Shown here in pieces: positions 56,601 through 64,000 of a DNA stretch of 64,000 nucleotides. The notes under the pieces are model-generated. The model saw only the letters and a program-made list of their open reading frames with translations. It ran no database searches and was not told the DNA's origin. The translations under genes and the position numbers were made by a program. Every line of letters begins with the position of its first letter. Position 1 is the stretch's first letter. Origin of the DNA: Picochlorum sp. SENEW3. Taxonomy: Eukaryota. The DNA lies in assembly GCA_034226945.1 (NCBI GenBank), contig CP120453.1:186001-250000 (forward strand), read 5' to 3'.

Positions 56601-56871
56601 CACCATCACCGTACACGAGAAGAACCACGAGAAGATTAGCGAATTCGTCAAAGAGCTATGCCCTTCATGCAGACTCACATACTCTGTTGCAGGAACCGAA
56701 AAGTACGAGCTCCCAACCAAAGATGTGACGCTAGACAAGGTATTCAAAGCAATCAAACACTCTCCAGAAGCCAAAGACCTCGACATCATAGATTGGGGCA
56801 TCTCCAATGCCACCCTTGAGGAAGTCTTTATCAAATTTGCCAAAGAAGCTGGCGTACAAGGCGGCCATTAA
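53638..56871 (+). CDS. ABCA-family half transporter (plant ABCA7-like clade); probable intron 55569-55649
   Basis: Cys-rich ectodomain CGCLC...CGFEYS...FCPV, EKENRLRNMMKMHGL, GPNGAGKST, FSGGMKRRLSVA, LDEPSTGLDPASR, WGISNATLEEVF. Confidence 0.93.
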   Translation: MNGHSNGDTSVEEGGSIDLKHGRVAGSNSKHTMDSNGADIAMHNGSKRSMKSDTSSSRTKQRTYGVQAKALLRRNMANQRRSPCANLFIILTPICLCVLLYVLQTLVNVAIDTPDSKCGCLCLTCCDTIDGEEVCRDATEENPCLVYDTCKTYDENKCGFEYSNARQASFCPVENPSIWPPVAQVPSEGFLAHPFSPKAAMLMTGDDASIVDDVDLFPVPEVTVQGGAQARAFAEEGRRLDAVFLGTSFLGVTLGTFQKFPNLNYYIEPAFYPTTDYNGTLSLLTSDANDPGTSAAVVAVNAALNSSQSENAPRLSVVPLETEQVYLESVDAINEKLYCGYKQARCDGTSEINEFTNAWDFSGTDFDNGKYQMRLWYNATGRFPGVGNAPTEIVRVQAAINAGTNSFLRKVLGPDAIARFVGVMTMPKPGSKLTLDIASLVGTLFYTWLLQLLLPMMLATLVSEKENRLRNMMKMHGLGDGVYWSVQYVWYFVMNFIYVWILIGIGSAINLAFFTETSYSFQFVFYLLWISCLVATTFLLSACFASSRTSTVTAFLYVFATGLIGYLLLTNLVAAGYWWVIFIELIPGFALYRGLYEIAQYAFKAAYGSGQGITWSNLNDTDNGIIPVMIIFAVESVVFLVLAWYALFYLNKSIHCVLIPVVDFSNLLYCRYIEQIYPQGCGVPRHPLFFLGKKYNAEKRDKKHKKDGKKDDHLPSSDNDLKLDMSAPDVEKEKNRVDGIFSKMSENGGQIDRNYSIVTSGLRKVFPGKKKKVAVQDLTLAVEKGECFGLLGPNGAGKSTSLNMLTGFLTPNSGTAVVEGHDLTSDMDMIYRLMGVCPQDNLLWEKLTAREHLLFYARLKRFSGEQLEKAVTDALRSVNLLNGGVADKQVKTFSGGMKRRLSVAISFIGNPSVVYLDEPSTGLDPASRQNLWKVVKHGKSGRGVILTTHSMEEASVLCDRLGIFVNGELVCIGAPNELTARYGGFFVFTITVHEKNHEKISEFVKELCPSCRLTYSVAGTEKYELPTKDVTLDKVFKAIKHSPEAKDLDIIDWGISNATLEEVFIKFAKEAGVQGGH

Positions 56872-56946
56872 TTCATTCTTATTTTGTTTCGTTCACAATT
56901 ACATTGTACTACTATAATAATCATGCTACACAAATAACTGATTGAA

Positions 56947-58053
56947 TTACACCCAGTTTCTTGGGTTTTTGCATGCATCCATAAACTCAGCCTCTGGGGT
57001 TCCTGGTGCTGGAGTATGATCATACTCCCATCCAGCAGTCTTTGGCAGAGACATCAAAATAGACTCTATTCTTCCACCAGTCTTCAATCCGAAAGTTGTA
57101 CCACGATCATACACCAAATTGAATTCAACATAACGTCCCCTACGCAACTGCTGCCATGCCTTCTCTTCCTCTGTGTATGGATCATTCATGTGCTTCTTCA
57201 CAATTGGGACATATGCATTGGCTACGCTATTCACGCATTCAGTGGAGAATGCAAGAATCTTCTCTGGATCCCTGTCGTTCAAATCGTCGAAGAAAATTCC
57301 ACCCAATCCTCTCATTTCCTTCCTGTGCTTGATGGTGAAGTACTCATCGCACCATGCCTTGAACTTGGGGTAAAATTCTGGATCATGCTTGTCGCAGATA
57401 TCCTTGTATGTTCCATGGAAGTGCTTCATATCCTCCTCCACGACATAGGATGGGGTGATATCGGTACCTCCACCAAACCACCACTGTCCTGGAATACCAT
57501 TCCAGTCATCAGTCTCGAAATAACGGTAGTTGAAATGCATGGTTGGGCAGTGTGGGTTCCATGGATGCATGACAGAAGAAATTCCAGCAGCAAAGAATGG
57601 CACTCTATCGGCATCCTTCAAATCCTTCACATCATGCCCAATAGCAGCCCTGTATGCCTCCGCAGGCATGCTTCCATACACCACAGACACATTCACACCA
57701 GCCTTCTCCCACACATTACCGTCCTTCAACACACGGGTGATACCTCCACCTCCTCCAGCACGGGTCCACGCATCCTGATGGAATGGCTGACCATCCACCT
57801 CACTGATGGCTGCGCAGATGGAGTCCTGAGCATCACGAATCACACGCTCAAACCTCCCCCGCATGCTGTTTGGATCATCAATACCCTCTCTCAAAAGAGA
57901 ATTAGGCACCTTGTCCACATAATCCTCCTTCTCAATCGCAGCAGCTGAAACCCGCCACGATGCTCTCTGAGCAGCCTTGTGCTTGAACACAGCAGTTGGC
58001 ACAGCTCTGCTGGCAGCAGCAGTCTTGTGCTGCACAGTCGTCGTCTTCAACAT
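56947..58053 (-). CDS. CPX1: Oxygen-dependent coproporphyrinogen III oxidase, plastid
   Basis: [54 protein letters not shown]; transit peptide. Confidence 0.97.
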   Translation of the reverse strand: MLKTTTVQHKTAAASRAVPTAVFKHKAAQRASWRVSAAAIEKEDYVDKVPNSLLREGIDDPNSMRGRFERVIRDAQDSICAAISEVDGQPFHQDAWTRAGGGGGITRVLKDGNVWEKAGVNVSVVYGSMPAEAYRAAIGHDVKDLKDADRVPFFAAGISSVMHPWNPHCPTMHFNYRYFETDDWNGIPGQWWFGGGTDITPSYVVEEDMKHFHGTYKDICDKHDPEFYPKFKAWCDEYFTIKHRKEMRGLGGIFFDDLNDRDPEKILAFSTECVNSVANAYVPIVKKHMNDPYTEEEKAWQQLRRGRYVEFNLVYDRGTTFGLKTGGRIESILMSLPKTAGWEYDHTPAPGTPEAEFMDACKNPRNWV

Positions 58054-58634
58054 GATGATGCTTATGAAACTCCTGCAGCACCATCAACCATTAGTATTCG
58101 TCATATATCAATCCAACAACAAGGGTATGCATGTATCAAGATATCCAAGACGGTATCGGCGTGACCCGAGTGATTATACATACACAAGAACACACAAACC
58201 CACCTTTGGATGGATGAAAGATTCCTATATGTTGTCAGAAACCTACAACATATATATTAAAATAATTATAATGATTCTTTATGCCCATGAGCAGCCCGTA
58301 AATGCAAATGCCAATCATCATCCCCATCCGGATAATGGCCGTGTCGAGGATGATCGTGTACACGTCGCCAATATCGACATACACCCTCGGTCCAACTACC
58401 CCTTTGATAGGACCCATCCATCACTTTCATCCCATGCGTGCAGCGAGAGAGACGTGTAACAGGACGGGTACTACTTTTGATGAACACGTGTCCTCTTTTT
58501 CTTCTCGGTCACCGTGATATGATCCAGATGTTGTCGGTTCATACCTGCATTGGTAATCAATAGTACATCGCCTTGCACTCTATATAGAACGAGAAGTTTT
58601 TTCATCACACATTCTACTAGATACTCTTAATAAT

Positions 58635-59075
58635 ATGATTGGTCATACCACCACCACCTTGGCAACTGTGAGAGCACCAGGGTGCTATGCTCGCCGCTTG
58701 ACACCTCGTCGCATGATGATGACCAACGCATCATCAATGAGATTGAGAGCTGTGTTTGGTAAGAATGATTACAGAGATCTCAAGGGAGAGCAGAGATCGG
58801 ACTACGAATATCAGGATGCAGATGACTACTTCAACTGTATGGGTATGTTGGCAGCAGAGGGAACGTACGATCGATTAGAGGAGTGGTCTGATGCAGGTGT
58901 CCATCCAATTGATATGATTCTTCTCATGGCATGCGAAGAGGGAGATGCGCCAAAGGTAGAGGAAGTGTTGAATGCTGGAGCCCAACCAACAGTACAGGAT
59001 CCAAGGACTGGAAAGACACCCATGGATGTGTCTACTGATGACGACATCATGGCAATGCTCCGCGCCAATGCATAA
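58635..59075 (+). CDS. LTD: LHCP translocation defect (LTD)-like ankyrin protein, copy 1
   Basis: DYFNCMGMLAAEGTYDR...HPIDMILLMACEEGDAPKVEEVLNAGA; R/T-rich transit peptide. Confidence 0.85.
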   Translation: MIGHTTTTLATVRAPGCYARRLTPRRMMMTNASSMRLRAVFGKNDYRDLKGEQRSDYEYQDADDYFNCMGMLAAEGTYDRLEEWSDAGVHPIDMILLMACEEGDAPKVEEVLNAGAQPTVQDPRTGKTPMDVSTDDDIMAMLRANA

Positions 59076-59077
59076 TC

Positions 59078-59101
59078 ATGATGATGATGATGATGATGAT
59101 G
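59078..59101 (+). repeat. (ATG)8 microsatellite immediately after the LTD copy 1 stop
   Basis: Direct reading. Confidence 0.9.
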
Positions 59102-59456
59102 TTAAGGGTGGTTGTCGCAGTAGAAGCATCTTGATTGCTGTTGGAGGCATCATTCTCTCATTTGGCTTTGCCATCTTATCCATGGCTGGATAAGATGGAG
59201 ATGACCATCGCGGTGGCATTGCATTTTCAGGATGGGCTCCAGCCCTTCTTTAATTCCATTAATTATAATTATTAGTAGTAGTGTATCTGTAATAGACGTT
59301 CCGAATCTGGACAAGTATACCAGTTATCTACTGACAAAGGTATGTACCTGGTATCACCACGAATGGTGTTCACCCTCTGGATACGCACGCATCAAGGCGA
59401 ATAACTGCTAGTAACCCTCTTGTTACTCTTGATATAGATATACCTATAGTATAAGG

Positions 59457-59921
59457 ATGATGATAGTAACGGGAATACAGATGACCAGGCGGAGTATGCC
59501 TCTGGTCTCTGCCACACAACAGAGAAGAACAAGAACAAGATTGGTGACAGCACGACGAGGCAGGGAGTCGTCGATGCGCTGCCACGCATTCTTCAACTTT
59601 AATAAGAATGCGGCCGAAGCCAATGTCACGACCAAGTCGAGGTCTGATTTTGATATGCAAGAGGTTGAGGATTATTTCAATTACATGGGCATGTTGGCAG
59701 CTGAAGGGAACTATGATTCTTTGGATGTGCTCATGGAGTCTGGGTTGGAGCCTGTGGATCTTCTCTTGTTGATGGCGTGCAGTGAGGATGATTTTCCCAA
59801 GGTGGAGGAAGTGTTGGGTGCTGGGGCGAATGTTGGTGTGAAGAATCCAGCTGATGGGTGTCTTCCCATAGAGATGTGTACCAAGGAAGAGATTAAGGAA
59901 TTGTTACAGGCAAATGCCTAA
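59457..59921 (+). CDS. LTD: LTD-like ankyrin protein, copy 2
   Basis: SRSDFDMQEVEDYFNYMGMLAAEGNYD...PVDLLLLMACSEDDFPKVEEVLGAGA. Confidence 0.88.
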   Translation: MMIVTGIQMTRRSMPLVSATQQRRTRTRLVTARRGRESSMRCHAFFNFNKNAAEANVTTKSRSDFDMQEVEDYFNYMGMLAAEGNYDSLDVLMESGLEPVDLLLLMACSEDDFPKVEEVLGAGANVGVKNPADGCLPIEMCTKEEIKELLQANA

Positions 59922-60136
59922 GAGTGCATCATTCATTAGTATCTACGAATAATAGGATACATGTATATAGATATGAACATCGTCGTCATGTCATTCTTCG
60001 CCTTCTAAAGGACACACAGAATTCTGTGCCATCTTCTCATCCACAGATGATGTTTCCTGATCACAAAACGCATCATGCCTCGTCTCTCCGACCCATTAAA
60101 TTAATATTTGATACATAGATATAACTAATCGTCGCC

Positions 60137-60809
60137 ATGAATACAATATTTTCGATGAAGAATGCGATGAACAACGCAGCTGTGTTGGAAGAACGGACAA
60201 GGTACGCTTTGGTTGCATCTACGCAAGAGAGCCACCGTTGTCATTCCACGTCGGTACTTACAATCATGTCATTATTATTTGTAGATCAGATGGTGGATTT
60301 GAAGTCTCTGTGAAGAATGTCGGTCCATTGCCACACGTTCACTTTCTCAGACACAGACCTTTTGCTGCCATCATCCCGGGCGATGGGGTTGCTGAGCAGG
60401 TCATCACGACTGGGTTGAACCAGTTTCTGAGCTTGTATAACGCAGCGTTGATTGGTCGTTTGGTGTTGACGTGGTTCCCGAATCCACCTCAGGTTATTGT
60501 GGCTCCCTTAGCAACGATATGTGATCCATATCTCAACTTGTTCAGAGGAATCATTCCACCATTGGGAGGCACGATTGATCTGTCTCCCATCTTGGCATTC
60601 GTGGTATTGGATGTACGTTTGATTTTTTTTACCCCGATCACGATGACAATGATGATGACAATAATGCTGTGTTGTTGCAGTTGTTTACCAATTCTGCTGC
60701 GGCATTGCCAGCAGAGATGGACATGGTAGAAAAGAACAAGGTAACAACATCTAGAAGACAAACTCAAGCAAAGGCGTGGTGGGCAAAGGTGATGAGCCAC
60801 CGCGAATGA
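60137..60809 (+). CDS. ylmG: YlmG/YGGT-family plastid membrane protein (YLMG2-like); introns 60202-60284 and 60613-60680
   Basis: RLVLTWFPNPP, CDPYLNLFRGIIPPLGGTIDLSPILAF, spliced tail LFTNSAAALPAE. Confidence 0.9.
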
Positions 60810-60928
60810 GAGAAGATGGTTATTGTTGGAGATGAAGAATAATTATCATGACATTGTATGGCGTCAGCAGTAGAAGACTGTAATAATATTTAATACGAGT
60901 ATCAAATAATATTTTTACATAGATAGAT

Positions 60929-62545
60929 ATGGATAGATGGATGAATCCATCTCGGCCACGGGGTTGCGTGGTCACTGTGAATCACATGGGTACCCACAAC
61001 ATGTCCATGTGTTGTTTACGCTATCGATACAAACATGCTGCGACGAGAATTCCTTCTTCTTATCAACGTTTGTCTTTACATAATATTCGTGGGCATCATC
61101 GCGGACAACATGATGGTAGGAGAGGACAGCTGACGATTGTTGCCTGCAACGAAGAGCCAGCCTCGAATACTACCAATGGGCCTGTGTCTCACAGCAAGAC
61201 TAGAGAAGACGCACAGCAGGACGCAGCCATGGCGTCTTCTTTTTCTTCTTCTTCGTCATCTAGTACAACATTGCCTCTCGTGTACGATGGCATCATCTTT
61301 GATATGGATGGGACCTTGTCTGTTAGCTGTATTGATTATCAGCTGATGCGTCAATCATTAGATATACCCCAGGGGGACTTGTTCACAGTCATGGAAACAT
61401 GGGATGATGGTGACCGTATTCTTCGCAGCATGGATACGATTTTGGAGATTGAGGATGTGGCTGCAGGACAGTCAAAAGGCATGCCTGGCTTGGAAGAACT
61501 GCTCTTGTATTTACAAGAGCACCCTGTCAAGGTTGGGTTGGTGACTCGTAATACAGAGTATAGTGTAAATGCATTCTTCGAGTCGATTGGGCATGAATAC
61601 AGGGATGTTTTTGATATCATCATGACGAGAGAGTTTCCATATGTCAAGCCAGATAAGAGATGCCTGACCCATTTTGCAGACGCATGGGGCATCTCTCCAG
61701 CTCGCCTTCTCATGGTTGGAGATTCAACAGAAGATGTAGAGTGCGGCAATGCAGCTGGAACAGCGACATGTCTCATCAGCGGGGGAGGAAATGAGATTAC
61801 CAGCGAGGATGACAAGACAAAGCCCCCTCGGGGTACAATTCCCTCATTTCAGGTAGACTCGCTGTACGAATTACAGCAGCGATTGGAAAAAAGGGATACA
61901 AAGCTGGGTTGGAATGAACTCTCAGTGGATGATAGGGCCATGGATGCTGGGGCACCATTTCAAGGCCTCGAGTTTTTCAATTTTATGTTTGAGAGCGGTG
62001 CTGTGCAGGCTCCTGCCTGCTCCTTCCCTCGCCTCAGATCAACCATACTCGAGACAGACGTAGATAACATGCACCCAGGAGATCGTATCCTACATCTTGG
62101 CTGTGGTGACGGATCATTGACCAAAATGCTCTTCAGTGCTGGTTTCAACTGTGTTGGTGCGGATGTGGGCACATCTGCCGAAAAGGCGCGCACACGTGGC
62201 CTCGCCACCATGGCCATAGACCCAACACTCTCCAAGATACAAGAAGAGATCAAGGAACAGATGGGCGACGCCCTCTTCGACGCTGTGGTCTTCCTCCAGG
62301 ACCACCCACACAACAGCTCAACTGCCACAGCGCTCATCTCCTCCTCACAAGCCCTGTCCTCACTCCGAGCCTTAACCGCCAAAGGAACCGGCACCTGCAT
62401 TTTTGAAGTGAATGTACCATCAAATGATGGCACTGCATTCTCAAAAGAAAGCTTTGTATCCACAGTAGCGACGCCGTCTGGTTGGACAGTCATGTCTGTC
62501 GGCCAGTCTGAAACGACACTTCGGTGCATTCTCCTCAACGCATAA
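60929..62545 (+). CDS. HAD-superfamily hydrolase fused to a C-terminal SAM-methyltransferase-like domain
   Basis: HAD motifs IFDMDGTL, LVTRN, KPD, MVGDSTEDVECG; C-terminal RILHLGCGDGSLT...VGAD. Confidence 0.82.
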   Translation: MDRWMNPSRPRGCVVTVNHMGTHNMSMCCLRYRYKHAATRIPSSYQRLSLHNIRGHHRGQHDGRRGQLTIVACNEEPASNTTNGPVSHSKTREDAQQDAAMASSFSSSSSSSTTLPLVYDGIIFDMDGTLSVSCIDYQLMRQSLDIPQGDLFTVMETWDDGDRILRSMDTILEIEDVAAGQSKGMPGLEELLLYLQEHPVKVGLVTRNTEYSVNAFFESIGHEYRDVFDIIMTREFPYVKPDKRCLTHFADAWGISPARLLMVGDSTEDVECGNAAGTATCLISGGGNEITSEDDKTKPPRGTIPSFQVDSLYELQQRLEKRDTKLGWNELSVDDRAMDAGAPFQGLEFFNFMFESGAVQAPACSFPRLRSTILETDVDNMHPGDRILHLGCGDGSLTKMLFSAGFNCVGADVGTSAEKARTRGLATMAIDPTLSKIQEEIKEQMGDALFDAVVFLQDHPHNSSTATALISSSQALSSLRALTAKGTGTCIFEVNVPSNDGTAFSKESFVSTVATPSGWTVMSVGQSETTLRCILLNA

Positions 62546-63116
62546 TAATGTTATTAAAATGCTGTAATATTACAAGAACAAAAAACACAAAGTATACCTC
62601 ACAGACATGACCAAAAGAAGAATGTCCCGAATGTTCCACGGACACGTTACGCTTTGCTTTGTCTGTCAAACTCCGCTTGGGTGGATGCTTTGCACTTGCA
62701 TCGATCCTGTTCTGGTACTCCACTCAAAGCAGTGTCAATATGACGACCGCACCCACTCCAGGTGGCTTTAGAGCAACTTCCGCATGTCGACTTGAAACAC
62801 ATTGTGAATTCTTCCTTCTTTCTTTCTTCTCACGTATATATGAAATGATAAATTAAAATACTATTACCGTGTGGTTGCAGTAATAGTAAAACGAATGTGA
62901 ATTAATTCTGAGCCCTAGGGAGGGGACGAGGCCCTGTTGTAGAGCCCTTCATCCGACAGTCATGACGAGAGTACTCTCGAGAGAGAGAGTGAGACAAGAA
63001 AGAAGAACAAGACATGCCTCTGGATTGTTGTTGTTGTTACAATTGTTGTGACAAAAGATTGCATTTCAAAGACCTGAATATACATGTAAGAATAGAAAAG
63101 AAAAAAAAGAGAGAGA

Positions 63117-64000
63117 CTAGGCAAACAATGTGGTGTTCTTGGCAGCTTCAATCATGCTCTCCACCGATGCCACAATGACTGCCAAGGTGATGAGGAAGCA
63201 GAATAGATCAACACAACGCAGGAAGATTCTGTATGCCCTGCTAGGCCTGAATACACGGATGTAGCACGCAATGGGGAAATATACTGTCATGGGCCAGAAT
63301 CCAATGGCTCCAACAAAGCCCAGGATGGACTGGAAGAAGGGCAGCAAAACTGCCAAGAATGTCAGCAATATCACATATATTGTTCTGTATACCAATCTGA
63401 GGCCAAGACCGCGTGTGCACCACCTGAGATATTTGTTTTTCACGTCTTTGCAGACTTTGAATTCAATCCATTCTTCCACCAAGACGAAATGAGGCTGTGA
63501 CCACACCTGGTAGGCAGGAATCATGTGCAGTACAACCATCACATTAGCCATATCCAATACCCATTGAGGTGCGATACCAGCATAATCAGTCAGGATGTAT
63601 CCTGTGGGCATGTTATATCCCAGGCTTGCAAAGCCAGCACAGGATACTGCAATATAAAAGCCAGTCATGACGGCAACAGAATAGTTGACTGCTCTCTTCA
63701 TCGATGTAATAGGCCCCGTATTCTTCCCCTTAGCATTTTGAAGAGTATCTTGAATTTCCAACAGAATAATAGCGAACGAATAGGCAAAGAGCACAGCTCC
63801 AATTGAGTTTAAAATATTCCAGACCTGTTTTGCTGTGGTGTTGAATTGCATGGGTGAGATTCCACCATTCGTGCCATGAAACCCAACTGTAATACCAAAC
63901 GCAATGATACTGTATCCAAATGACATGATAGCCCCGAATGCAGAGGCCCACCAGAAACTCTCCAACGTGGGAACTTGGGATAAGAATATTTGAACAACAC
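63117..64000 (-). CDS. Amino acid permease (AAP/Aa_trans family); 5' part lies outside the window
   Basis: QIFLSQVP, IMSFGYS, FAYSF..ILLEIQDTL, AYQVWSQP, LPFF..ILG.VGAIGFWPMTVYFP. Confidence 0.92.
   Translation of the reverse strand, partial: VVQIFLSQVPTLESFWWASAFGAIMSFGYSIIAFGITVGFHGTNGGISPMQFNTTAKQVWNILNSIGAVLFAYSFAIILLEIQDTLQNAKGKNTGPITSMKRAVNYSVAVMTGFYIAVSCAGFASLGYNMPTGYILTDYAGIAPQWVLDMANVMVVLHMIPAYQVWSQPHFVLVEEWIEFKVCKDVKNKYLRWCTRGLGLRLVYRTIYVILLTFLAVLLPFFQSILGFVGAIGFWPMTVYFPIACYIRVFRPSRAYRIFLRCVDLFCFLITLAVIVASVESMIEAAKNTTLFA

Noticed and set aside
57016..57948. 310-aa plus-strand ORF
   Set aside because: Antisense shadow of coproporphyrinogen oxidase; no recognisable motifs

Overview
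Gene-dense eukaryotic nuclear DNA with few, short (about 60-165 nt) GT-AG introns and very short intergenic gaps. Plastid-targeted photosynthesis genes (flavodiiron FlvA/FlvB, LTD, YlmG, coproporphyrinogen oxidase) indicate a compact green-algal genome; a Picochlorum-like trebouxiophyte is my inference. I can support about 32 protein-coding genes and one SRP (7SL) RNA gene that the ORF track cannot show. Main points of interest: (1) two DUF285/BspA-type repeat proteins, predicted secreted, with different N-terminal modules, one with about 33 near-identical, mosaic 75-bp cassettes whose variation concentrates at a few positions; (2) linked partner or paralogue pairs (flvA/flvB, two head-to-head ABCA half-transporters, tandem MRS2, tandem LTD); (3) same-strand genes only 22-69 nt apart, which are polycistron candidates; (4) a dense cluster of perfect palindromes in the FKBP/flvB promoter; (5) a receptor-like RING E3 ligase with a triple Cys-rich repeat ectodomain; (6) a FLOE1-like prion-like protein. 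All family calls come from motif recognition; no searches were run.
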